Shown here: one piece after another, positions 54,927-63,826 of the stretch
Position numbering within the stretch: position 1 is the stretch's first letter
Layout of the letters: every line of letters starts with the position of its first letter
DNA from: a virus
Reading direction: 5' to 3' (one strand)
Length of the DNA: 64,000 bases
IMG/VR virus record: IMGVR_UViG_3300025162_000024
Span: 60,319 to 124,318 of that record
Notes under the pieces: model-generated
Seen by the model: only the letters and a program-made list of their open reading frames with translations
Told to the model about the DNA's origin: nothing
The model's database searches: none
Position numbers and translations under genes: made by a program

Positions 54927-56457
54927 TCTTGACGACCTCTTTCAGCAGGTGGGCTGGCGGGTTAACCACCTCTATGGTCCACCCCATCTTCCTATAGCTT
55001 TTCATGCGTTCTCGGCTCTTTCGTTCGGCGACCGTATCGAACGTGTCGATCGTGTCGATAAGTAGACCATACTCCAATTCGCCTATGCGTGAGAGACGAC
55101 CGGGGATCTGCGTGTTGTTGATCCCCCCACTCTCGGCGTCGGCCCGGACCAGCACCGGGAGCTTCGGGAAGTCAACTCCCTGCTTCCATTTCATGGTCGC
55201 TATGGCCTTCCTCAACGTCTGCTCTTTGAACGCAGTCCTAAGCCCGTCCAGCTCTTTCGTGGACAGCGGACATATCTCTTCCTCTTTGGCCACTCCGGTC
55301 TTCACCAGGTTCTCTTTTACACCCTCGGTCATGTTCCCGTAGATGAGCGTGTACTCGGGCAGAAACTGCTTCAGGTGGTAGGCATGATCCGACTTGGATA
55401 CCATTACTAGTATCTGGGGGTCTGGGACCGGTGATCGGGTAGGGACCAGCTCGTTGCACGCCCAGGCCAAGATCCGGTTGCGATCCGCGTTCCGCCATAC
55501 GGCCTTCCTCTGCCACCCGACTGAGGTCGGATCCATCTGGTTGTCATACCCCGGTATCGGAGGGATCCGGATGGCCACTACCTTGATCGGGCGGACCGCA
55601 TTGTTCTCGACCGCCTCGTCATACGGAATCTCGAGCCGGACAGGCCCGACCCATGCCTCGATCAACGAGTCTCCACCATCGGCGCGTTTGCCCTGGCTGG
55701 CTGTAAACCCCACGATCTTCGCGTCGATCCACGTCCTGCTGAATATGTCCATCCGCCGGTTAGCGGCCAGGCAGTGGACTTCGTCTATGATCAGAAGGTC
55801 GTCGGCGGCGAAGTTGTGCTTGTGCATCGAATCCATCGAGAGCAGGGTCACCCGGTGCCCCGGCTCGTCGTAGCCGATACCGACGATCCCCACGTCGAAC
55901 CCCTTGGAGACCAGGGCTGCATGCAGATCACGGAGCAAGGATTCTCCGGGGGCGACGAACGTGATATGGTTCTCGTGGTAGATCTCACAGAGCATCATGG
56001 CCAGCGTGCTCTTCCCCCAGCCGGTGGGTGCCACGATCACCATGTTCTCGTCGTACGCCTCGATCGTCGCGAGTACCTCGTCCTGCTTATGCCTGAACTT
56101 GGTGATACCGATGCCTGCCAGTCTGTCGTACTGAGGTTCTCCCAACCTACGTCTCCTGAGATCTTGCAGGGTCGAGGAGTGCCCCAGATAGGTCAACCCG
56201 AACTCAAGCTTATGCCGGAGGCCAGCGGGCATCATCAGACTATCCCCGGTAGGCGCGAACAGGTCTATCCGCTTGAAGCTCATATTGGGGTTCTCCCCGA
56301 GCTTCCCGGCCTTCTTCAACCGCTTCCGCTTAAACAGGTCGAGGCCCCTGTAGTACTGTATATGTGTGTAAGAGAGGAACGGCCTGAGCTGATTGGCGAG
56401 GGATGCCCCGCCAACCAGCTCAATGCAGTTCCCGTCTCTCTTGATCGTGTAGGTCGT
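54910..56457 (-). CDS. SF2 helicase (UvsW-like); start inferred at ACG 56457
   Basis: APTGWGKS, IIDEVH, GFTAS, QGVDFPKL, QIPGRLSR. Confidence 0.9.
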   Translation of the reverse strand, partial: TTYTIKRDGNCIELVGGASLANQLRPFLSYTHIQYYRGLDLFKRKRLKKAGKLGENPNMSFKRIDLFAPTGDSLMMPAGLRHKLEFGLTYLGHSSTLQDLRRRRLGEPQYDRLAGIGITKFRHKQDEVLATIEAYDENMVIVAPTGWGKSTLAMMLCEIYHENHITFVAPGESLLRDLHAALVSKGFDVGIVGIGYDEPGHRVTLLSMDSMHKHNFAADDLLIIDEVHCLAANRRMDIFSRTWIDAKIVGFTASQGKRADGGDSLIEAWVGPVRLEIPYDEAVENNAVRPIKVVAIRIPPIPGYDNQMDPTSVGWQRKAVWRNADRNRILAWACNELVPTRSPVPDPQILVMVSKSDHAYHLKQFLPEYTLIYGNMTEGVKENLVKTGVAKEEEICPLSTKELDGLRTAFKEQTLRKAIATMKWKQGVDFPKLPVLVRADAESGGINNTQIPGRLSRIGELEYGLLIDTIDTFDTVAERKSRERMKSYRKMGWTIEVVNPPAHLLKEVVKNELFG

Positions 56458-56470
56458 AGCAATCTCCTTT

Positions 56471-56794
56471 TTACCAGTCAAATTGTGGAAGATCATCGTA
56501 CTCGGTGCCGTCACAGCCCAACCTTAGCACGCTGCACCCCGACTCCTGCACCTTCTGAACTAGGCTTACGGCCTCTGCCGAGAATCCGAGATCCACCATG
56601 CGAATTATGATCGATGCCTGGTAGTCAGGATCGGTACCGACGCATACGAAGTATCCCTCGTAGTATTCACTAACGCAGAAATCCGAAGGTCTGCCGTTTG
56701 CCTCAGCATCGGCAAGCATGGTCAGCAGTTCGCTGTCTTTGAGATCAATGTGGCAAGTGGAACAGTCAACGTAGCAGTAGGTATCAAACTTCAC
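56471..56794 (-). CDS. DUF5983-like protein
   Basis: AAGGAG SD; STCHI...EGYFV...GC..LRL..DG....LPQFDW. Confidence 0.6.
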   Translation of the reverse strand: MKFDTYCYVDCSTCHIDLKDSELLTMLADAEANGRPSDFCVSEYYEGYFVCVGTDPDYQASIIIRMVDLGFSAEAVSLVQKVQESGCSVLRLGCDGTEYDDLPQFDW

Positions 56795-56802
56795 GTTTCT
56801 CC

Positions 56803-59001
56803 TTAACCGGCAACCGCCTGGATCTGACCCATGTCGATACACTGGTCAAATGCAGACGAGAACCGCTCGTCGTGGGTGATCATGAGCATTTGCAGCCCCT
56901 GGGTCTTGGCATACCCGCTGACCGCTGCCAGCATATCCCGGACCTTAACGACGTGGGCTGCGTTCAGCCCGTAGGTCGGTTCGTCCAGGCACATGAACCG
57001 GATGTTTGAAGCGCACTGCCTGTGCACCGTGCACAGTAGGCAGATGGCGGCACAGCACAGCTGCCCGCCCGACAACTCCTCAATCGCCTGCTCGCCCCAC
57101 CCAAATTTGGCGGTCATCGACAGGTCGGGGTTCACCCCGATCGTGAACGGTACATCGACCATCGACAGAAGCTCGTTCCAGCTCCGGTTGAGCCTGGAGA
57201 GCGAGTGGCGTATACGGGCCGTGGGATAAGCCGATCGGTGGAGGACCCCGTACGTCCGGTTCAGGATATCCCGGTAGTGGACGACCCCGGCCGAGGCCGC
57301 TTCGGCCTCTTTGGCCTTAGCCAGTCTCTGGCCCATGTCAGTCACCTGCTTCTGCCACTCTCCGAGCTTAGCCTGGAGGCCAGCGCGTTTCGCGACAGTC
57401 GCAGAGATCTGAGCGAGCTCTTCCTTCTTCTTATCCCAGCCTACGTACTTGGCAGAGGCCAGCGAGGCCTGGACCTCGGCCAGAACCTCCAGAGCCTTGT
57501 CCACAGCCGTATATTCCGCTTCGGCCCGAGCCTGGTCGGCACCGGTCGTGGCCACGGCCTGCTGAGCTCTGGCCGCAGCCTGCTGTAGACTCTTCTCTCT
57601 GGCCAGCAGGTCTTCGCAGGATTTGCGGTCCTCTGCGGACATCTGCTGAACGTCTGCCGTAGCCTGGCTGGCCGCGGCTTCCGCGGCCGCCATCTGCTGA
57701 GATAACGACTGGGCCTGGGCCATACTCGTCTCCCACCCCCGACGCTTCTGCCTCCCGGCCAAGACCGTAGCCCGGTACTCTGCAAGCATCTTTCGGCCTT
57801 CGGCAACCTCCTTACGCAAGGTGGCCGCCTGGTCCCGGTTCTCTTTAACCTTAGTCTCCAGGTTAGTAAGCTGCCCGTCTTGATCGACTATGGCCCGGGT
57901 CCCGCACGTGGGACACACGCCTTTAGCGAAGCTCTGGGCGAACCGCTCCAGGCTGAGCATTGATTGCTCGGCCGGGATGATCACCTCAGTCTCAAGCTTC
58001 TGCCAGGCGGCGTCCTGATCCTCGGGCTCCGGGGGTTCCATCGTCTTCAGCTTATCGACTCGGGTCCGGGCCGCGGCCACCCGGCTAGTATGGCTCTCGA
58101 GCTCGGCGTGAAGCTTGGCGGCTCTTCCGGCACTCTCCAATAGTGCCCGGGCCTCTTGGGCCATCGGGGCGATCTCCTCTACCTGCTTGCGCAGATTGAG
58201 AGAAGCGAGTACCGCGGATTCCGATCGCTCCGCACTATTCGCCCGCTCCAGGTTAGCCCTGACCTCTGCCTCGGTCATCGCCCACAGCCCAGTCTTGGCA
58301 TCGGCCAGCCTGAGGGTCATGTTCTCAGCCTCGCGGACCAGAGCCTCATCCTCCTTAAGCTTCTGACCGTCCACGGGCGGCAATCCCTCTAGTTCCTTAG
58401 TAGCCTGCTCAATCTGAGCCGTAAGCTGCTGCAGCTGCTGTGGCAGAAGTTCTATGCCCATGATCACCGAGGGGGGTGGAGTCAGCTGGAGGCTCGTACT
58501 GATCAGGGTCCGAAGGGTCTCGCAGTTCTCTAGCCCGAACAGCCGGGTCAGAGCAGTCTCTCGCTCGGAGGGCCGTGCAGACAAGAGACGGGCGGTTTCC
58601 CCCTGAGGGATGAACACAGCGGTATCCAGTTGCTTGCTGGACGCTCCCAGGATATCGGCCAATACCTCTGCGACGGCCGCTTCGGACCTGGCTGTTTTAT
58701 CCCCGAACCTAAGGCTTCGGCTGGACCCACCTGACCGGCTCAGGCTACGGGTGAGGGTCCCGGGCATCCCCAGATGGGAGAAAGTCAAGGTGGCTGCCCC
58801 TTTGTCCTCCTGTTTATAAATGCGGCGGACCTGGGTTCCGTATCCCTTGAAGTCACCGGTCAACAACCACTGGATGATTTTTATCACATGGCTCTTACCA
58901 CACCCTATGGGTCCAAGGATCCCGGTCAAGCCCGGTCCAAACTTCAGGGATGCGTGGCGGATAGGGCCTAGATGCTCAATATCAAGCTGTAACAGATCCA
59001 C
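56803..59001 (-). CDS. sbcC: SbcC/Rad50-like ATPase
   Basis: GPIGCGKS, FIPQG, coiled coil with CPTCG hook, LSGGQ, LDEPT, ITHD. Confidence 0.92.
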   Translation of the reverse strand: MDLLQLDIEHLGPIRHASLKFGPGLTGILGPIGCGKSHVIKIIQWLLTGDFKGYGTQVRRIYKQEDKGAATLTFSHLGMPGTLTRSLSRSGGSSRSLRFGDKTARSEAAVAEVLADILGASSKQLDTAVFIPQGETARLLSARPSERETALTRLFGLENCETLRTLISTSLQLTPPPSVIMGIELLPQQLQQLTAQIEQATKELEGLPPVDGQKLKEDEALVREAENMTLRLADAKTGLWAMTEAEVRANLERANSAERSESAVLASLNLRKQVEEIAPMAQEARALLESAGRAAKLHAELESHTSRVAAARTRVDKLKTMEPPEPEDQDAAWQKLETEVIIPAEQSMLSLERFAQSFAKGVCPTCGTRAIVDQDGQLTNLETKVKENRDQAATLRKEVAEGRKMLAEYRATVLAGRQKRRGWETSMAQAQSLSQQMAAAEAAASQATADVQQMSAEDRKSCEDLLAREKSLQQAAARAQQAVATTGADQARAEAEYTAVDKALEVLAEVQASLASAKYVGWDKKKEELAQISATVAKRAGLQAKLGEWQKQVTDMGQRLAKAKEAEAASAGVVHYRDILNRTYGVLHRSAYPTARIRHSLSRLNRSWNELLSMVDVPFTIGVNPDLSMTAKFGWGEQAIEELSGGQLCCAAICLLCTVHRQCASNIRFMCLDEPTYGLNAAHVVKVRDMLAAVSGYAKTQGLQMLMITHDERFSSAFDQCIDMGQIQAVAG

Positions 59002-60085
59002 TGACTACCTCCTTCGGGGCTACGCATTTGTCCCGAAAATCCGAGAGGATCTTCCGGGGGTCTGCGGACTGGAGCAGGGTGCTGGCGAACGCGACGGTCT
59101 CCGAGTCCCCCTCCAGCTCCTGCAATATCTGAAGATCGGTCCGGACCTCGTCAGATTCGGCGACGGTCACTTCGATCTTCTCCTTGGCCGATGGGATCAG
59201 CATAAGACTGGCCACAGGCTCGACAGCCGCCCTGACCTTCCCCTCATCCCCGGCCGCGGCCTCCGCCAAGCGGATGGCAGCCAGCGGCTTAAGCTCAGGA
59301 TCATCGGCCGCCGTCGGTTTCAGATCCGCTACTAACTTAGCCAGGTCCGACTGGAGCTGGGAGGCCCCCAGGATATCCCGGTACACGATCCGACGGTTCT
59401 TGACCGGTATCCGGCAATAGCTGAGCCCTTCGTTCAGGACCAAGAATGACCTGGGGGACAGCTCATCCAACCCCAGGGGGTAGAGCGAACCAGTATAGAT
59501 CAGGGTCTTGTCCCCAACCTTATGCTCGCTCGGCATATGCGAATCGCCGAACACTGCGAGTTTGATCCACGCTGGGAGCCACTCAGGATCGAGATTCCAC
59601 CGGCCGGGGATGTCAATAATCCACCGGCCCATCTGATGACCGATGAGCAGCTTGGCGTCCGGAGGGCACTGGGCCAGCGTCTTCTGCAGGGCCTCAGTAT
59701 CGGCCGTGAACGGAACCAGGTAGGTCGGTACCCCCTCCAGCGGAAGCAGGCTGGGGACCACCGCATTTCGGATCCCGCATACATTCAGCCAGTCGGTGCC
59801 CTGATCGTGCCCAGGATTACCCGTGATCCCCAAGCAGAACACTTCCATCGCGTGCAGTTCTTGTACCGCTTTTTGCAGGGTGCGGACCACCTCATCCATC
59901 GGATACGGATCGTCGAAAGTATCACCGGCGAATACGACTGTCCCTATCCGCGGCTCGCCCTGCCGATCGCGAACCACCTCGACCAGTTGGCGGATAGTCG
60001 ATTCCAGATCTCCGCGGATATCCGGGCGACCCGCCCAGATCTGCTTCTTACAGTGTAGGTCACCTACAACCAGAATTCTACCCAT
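58982..60085 (-). CDS. sbcD: SbcD/Mre11-like metallophosphoesterase nuclease
   Basis: GDLH, AGDTFD, GN..HD, GHQ, GDSH, YTGS. Confidence 0.9.
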   Translation of the reverse strand: MGRILVVGDLHCKKQIWAGRPDIRGDLESTIRQLVEVVRDRQGEPRIGTVVFAGDTFDDPYPMDEVVRTLQKAVQELHAMEVFCLGITGNPGHDQGTDWLNVCGIRNAVVPSLLPLEGVPTYLVPFTADTEALQKTLAQCPPDAKLLIGHQMGRWIIDIPGRWNLDPEWLPAWIKLAVFGDSHMPSEHKVGDKTLIYTGSLYPLGLDELSPRSFLVLNEGLSYCRIPVKNRRIVYRDILGASQLQSDLAKLVADLKPTAADDPELKPLAAIRLAEAAAGDEGKVRAAVEPVASLMLIPSAKEKIEVTVAESDEVRTDLQILQELEGDSETVAFASTLLQSADPRKILSDFRDKCVAPKEVVSGSVTA

Positions 60086-60086
60086 G

Positions 60087-61082
60087 TTAATCGGTATCCT
60101 TATATAACCTGGAGACGATTTTGAACCCCGCGACTCGCCCGTTCCCGAACAACTCCGGGGGGTCGATTCTAACGACTATGCCCTCGGCCGGCTTCCCATT
60201 CGGAAGCTTCTGAGCATCGGCCAGGGCCTGCAGCTGATCGGTGGTCTGGTACTTACCGGCCTCACAGAATCCGATGAGCGGAACGGTGTTAGCCCCAATA
60301 TCGACAGCAAGGTTGCTCATGCCGGGCCAGGCCATAGGAGCATGGTTCGCTCCGAACACGTTGAACACGAAGATCTCGGGCTCTGTCAGCTCAAGCTGGT
60401 TCCCCTGGACGCCGGGTCCCATCAGCTCGCCTTGGATCACACAGTCAGGTATAGTCTTGGTAATCTTGAGCTTCTTGGCCGCGTGCCAGAAGGCATTCCC
60501 TGGCTGATCGACCAGCGACAAGTTACGAGAGCAGACCTGGGAGATCTGACCGCCCTCGACGATCACCGTGCAGCTCGATCCGTCCATCTTCTTCGTGATG
60601 TACACCGGATGTTTCAGGACGTGGGCGACAATATCCAGGTTACTGAGGCCGTTATCCTCGTCGGTCTTCGGAGCTAGATGGGTGGGGAATGTCGAGCGGG
60701 CCTGTCCGCTGAGGGCCAGGCTCAACTCCTTTTCATACTTGGTGATCCCAAGTTCTCCTCCGACGTCCACCCCTTCCTGCCAACCCTGGACGCTCTCGGG
60801 CAGGACCGAGATCGGCAGGAACAGGCCCTGCGAGTACTCCCCGCGGATCTTGGCCGTCTTCAGCCGGATACGCCGGTCTGGGCGGTTCACGTCCACGAGG
60901 AACTCGGACCAGGGTGTGCGGGGGAGGATCGTGTCTATGACGATGAACACCCCGCGATCCCCAACCTTGAACTCATCTCGTTTGACGACGGTCTGCCAGC
61001 CTAGGATTTTGGCTATGGCTAGGCGATCAGCATTGGAATGATTCTTCAATTCAGCGACTGTCTCGATCGATGCCAGTTTCAT
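60087..61082 (-). CDS. ATP-dependent RNA ligase, DRB0094/Rnl5 family
   Basis: N-terminal KLASI...NADRL...GWQTVV...RG.YSQGL; KTDE, KMDGSS, QGEL.GPGVQGN, EGIVVR, FKIVS. Confidence 0.9.
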   Translation of the reverse strand: MKLASIETVAELKNHSNADRLAIAKILGWQTVVKRDEFKVGDRGVFIVIDTILPRTPWSEFLVDVNRPDRRIRLKTAKIRGEYSQGLFLPISVLPESVQGWQEGVDVGGELGITKYEKELSLALSGQARSTFPTHLAPKTDEDNGLSNLDIVAHVLKHPVYITKKMDGSSCTVIVEGGQISQVCSRNLSLVDQPGNAFWHAAKKLKITKTIPDCVIQGELMGPGVQGNQLELTEPEIFVFNVFGANHAPMAWPGMSNLAVDIGANTVPLIGFCEAGKYQTTDQLQALADAQKLPNGKPAEGIVVRIDPPELFGNGRVAGFKIVSRLYKDTD

Positions 61083-61101
61083 ACCTATCTCCTTATGAGG
61101 A

Positions 61102-61644
61102 CTATACTTGCTTCACCAACCACAGTTGGTCACTGTCCACCGAGACCTGTGCCCACCCCAGTCGGCTCGCCCTGGCCCCAAGCTGTGTCCACCATTTCGA
61201 GGCCAGCCCGTAGCCTTTATTGCCGGTCCCGGCACAGAGCAGGCAGACCCCTGGGCTTATCCCGTCCACTTCCAACTTCAACCGTTCCATCCTCTGCTTA
61301 TTCGGATTGGGCCTCAGACTCTCCCGGCGATACGCCAGGAGCATACGCTGGGCCCTCCCCCGGTCCTGGACGTCCGGCTGAATCTCGGCAGCCCCCTTGC
61401 ACAGCGGACAGGGCTCGTCGTTCTTGTTGCAGATACCGTCCACGATCAGCTTCTCGACCTCCTCGGGTAGCGGAACACGCCTCCGAGGCTCCTGGCAATC
61501 AGCGGCTTTGGCCTCCTCCAGGAACTCTGGGAGATCCGGGAAGGTCACATCGGGGACCGCCGTGTAGAACGGACCACGCAGCCCAGCGAGCTCCGCTAGC
61601 TTCTCCCGGTCCCAGAACACATCCGGATCATCCGTTTTAACCAT
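61102..61644 (-). CDS. hypothetical protein with DnaJ-type CxxCxG motifs
   Basis: CPLCKG...CLLCAGTG; start uncertain. Confidence 0.6.
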   Translation of the reverse strand: MVKTDDPDVFWDREKLAELAGLRGPFYTAVPDVTFPDLPEFLEEAKAADCQEPRRRVPLPEEVEKLIVDGICNKNDEPCPLCKGAAEIQPDVQDRGRAQRMLLAYRRESLRPNPNKQRMERLKLEVDGISPGVCLLCAGTGNKGYGLASKWWTQLGARASRLGWAQVSVDSDQLWLVKQV

Positions 61645-61676
61645 AGTTACGAACCGACCCTGGAGCACTGGTATTT

Positions 61677-61934
61677 CTATGCTCGGTGGGCCGGTACCGG
61701 TACCTGATTCATTTCCAACCATTCTTTCTCCCAATTCAAAGCTGCTTGTCTACTCTCAAACTTACGCCGAGGGCCCTGGACTGGGGCGAGGTCTGCGACC
61801 CACCCGAGTCCCTCGGGCTCCACATGACTCGCCCTTTCCACTCGAGACTCTCCCAGCTGGAGGAGCCCGCGGAGCGCGTCGTCATAAACGAACCTGAGCC
61901 CTTCCGGGCTGCAGAATATCTTTAGCTGTCGCGT
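61677..61934 (-). CDS. conserved small protein (RASHVEP motif); start inferred at ACG 61934
   Basis: FVYDD.L...RASHVEP...WVADLAPV.GP...F.SR.AAL..E.EWL. Confidence 0.7.
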   Translation of the reverse strand, partial: TRQLKIFCSPEGLRFVYDDALRGLLQLGESRVERASHVEPEGLGWVADLAPVQGPRRKFESRQAALNWEKEWLEMNQVPVPAHRA

Positions 61935-62123
61935 ACGGACCTCCAGTATAATAGGGGTTATGGTTAAGAGAACGGCCAAGGTTTACCTCGAAAATAGAGG
62001 GTATAGGTTTAGGCCACTGCGGCCGTTGCCCCTGCTGGGACCCGGGCTGATCCACTCTGCCCAACGCCCGGATACGAGCGGAACCGCCCGCAAACCGGCT
62101 TCGGTGGATAGTCCTAACCGGGG

Positions 62124-62324
62124 CTAGCCCTGCCCTTGTACGATCTCCTGCTCAGTCTGGGCCACCAGGTACTCATCAGTCTGCTGATTATCCTGCACTT
62201 CCCCAAGCCTTCGCTCTAAGCCGGCAGTAGCCTTCTGGCAGCTGGGTCCGGAGAACCCTTCGGTCTGGACCGAAGTGGACTTGCCGTCAGCCGCGATCTT
62301 GATCGTAATCCTCTTCATTCTCAT
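62124..62324 (-). CDS. DUF2997-like protein
   Basis: ITIKI..DG....TEGFSGPSC.KAT..LE..LG. Confidence 0.8.
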   Translation of the reverse strand: MRMKRITIKIAADGKSTSVQTEGFSGPSCQKATAGLERRLGEVQDNQQTDEYLVAQTEQEIVQGQG

Positions 62325-62746
62325 CCTTTGTCCAAAATTGACCACGGGACTTCCTCGGTCTCATACGATTCGTCAGTATGCCGCGCGTAAAAGGTCCAGA
62401 GGAAGCCGGTCTCCTTGATCAGGACGCTGGACGCATCTGTCGTGAAAGTTAGCAGCGGATCAAGCTTGTAGCCGACTGGGACCTCGGCGTATCCAGGTCC
62501 GTTCAATGCCGAGCCAAACTGATCATCATCCTCACCGAGGGTCACCGGGTCGATCGTGTAATCAAAGAACTCAGCAGCGTAGAAGCCTGGTTGCTTGAAC
62601 AGCGGAGAGACCTTCTTCCGTAAGAGACTCATCCGCTTCCTGAACCCGGCGTCGATCTCCAGCAGACAAGTGTCGCAATCTCCGCCGTTCCCGCCAAAGT
62701 CATTATCACCAATATGGTTAACGCGAATCAACAGTTTTCTCGTCAT
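62321..62746 (-). CDS. hypothetical protein
   Basis: GAGGT SD, ATGA coupling. Confidence 0.65.
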   Translation of the reverse strand: MTRKLLIRVNHIGDNDFGGNGGDCDTCLLEIDAGFRKRMSLLRKKVSPLFKQPGFYAAEFFDYTIDPVTLGEDDDQFGSALNGPGYAEVPVGYKLDPLLTFTTDASSVLIKETGFLWTFYARHTDESYETEEVPWSILDKG

Positions 62747-63213
62747 ACGCCTACCTCTGTAAGCCCGTTCAACCACTCGTTCACCCGTTCCTCGGCCTGG
62801 CCATCGATGGTCAAGACGATCACCCGCTCACCCGACTCCAGGTCCTGTGTCTCTTCCGTGGCCCCCATCCCCAACAGCTGCCGGATGTCCGGAGAGGTCA
62901 AAGCACACTGGCGGTTATACTCTTTGAGCAGGCCTTGGAGCTGAGCACCCCCAGCCTTCTGGGACATCCCGAGGCCCCCGTTGTACGCGTCGTACAATAG
63001 GTCATACGACCCATCCGGGGTCCGGACCACCCCGATCTCGTAGCATCTGAGGTTCTCGGGGATCGTAATGACCCACTCGGAACCGGATCGCATCTGCCCG
63101 CCATACGTCCGGAACTTATCCCGCTTCTCCAGGGCCATCCCGAGTACCGTACAGGCCAGGCCCAACGCTTTCAGATTCTTGATCTTCATGCCTACCACAG
63201 CAATATGGCTTAT
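62743..63213 (-). CDS. DUF1257-like protein; start inferred at ATA 63213
   Basis: (M)SHIAVV..KIKNL.AL..AC..LG...YEIGV....DGSYDL.YD. Confidence 0.75.
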   Translation of the reverse strand: MSHIAVVGMKIKNLKALGLACTVLGMALEKRDKFRTYGGQMRSGSEWVITIPENLRCYEIGVVRTPDGSYDLLYDAYNGGLGMSQKAGGAQLQGLLKEYNRQCALTSPDIRQLLGMGATEETQDLESGERVIVLTIDGQAEERVNEWLNGLTEVGV

Positions 63214-63815
63214 GATTGCACCTCATCTGCAGCTGGGATAGGGGTAAGCCGACACTTGTGGTGGCTGTCCTCTTCCCAGTAAACGTTCTGCTCATTTGCC
63301 TTGTTAAAGGCGTCCACGGCCTTCTCGAACTCTTTGACCCCGTCCAGATCCTGGAAATCACTGTCTTCGACCCCTGCATTTTCCAGCAGGTTATTGACGA
63401 TCTCGACTGCGTCCAGCGAGTAGGGGATCACCTTACAGGTGTGGACGAATTCCGGCAGACCCATGTCCGGACCTTCCCTGGAGTCTGCCAGATACTCGAC
63501 GGCCTCCTCTGGATCCGGGAAATACCTGTCTCCGATGCAGACGGGTCCAGAGTAGTCCTCGATCAGCTCAGCTCGGTCCAGCCGGTCAGAGTCTATCTTA
63601 GCGTAGTAAGGGCCCCAGCACTTCCGGCAGACAGTTGCAACATGCCCACGAATACTGTCGTCGACTAGATCCGCTACCTTCCCGCAAACCAGGCATGTGC
63701 AGCACTTTGCGGAGCAGTACGCGGTACGCTCCGGGTAAACTCGCTTGCATACCCCGCACATCCAGGCCATTACCAACTGGCCGTCATTGTCCCTCAACTG
63801 AACTTCATTCGCCAT
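63210..63815 (-). CDS. Cys-rich hypothetical protein
   Basis: AAGGA SD; CGVC, CSAKCCTC..CG, CRKC. Confidence 0.7.
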   Translation of the reverse strand: MANEVQLRDNDGQLVMAWMCGVCKRVYPERTAYCSAKCCTCLVCGKVADLVDDSIRGHVATVCRKCWGPYYAKIDSDRLDRAELIEDYSGPVCIGDRYFPDPEEAVEYLADSREGPDMGLPEFVHTCKVIPYSLDAVEIVNNLLENAGVEDSDFQDLDGVKEFEKAVDAFNKANEQNVYWEEDSHHKCRLTPIPAADEVQS

Positions 63816-63826
63816 CGTTTCGTCCT

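Noticed and set aside
61645-61680. Further ATA start (ATAG overlap) for the 61102 gene
   Set aside because: No SD upstream, so not counted among the non-canonical starts.
84-63668. Numerous 60-290 aa plus-strand ORFs and alternate-frame minus ORFs in the track
   Set aside because: Shadows of real minus-strand genes in GC-rich DNA, with no SD or motifs. Only 33518 and 37796 are credible on the plus strand.
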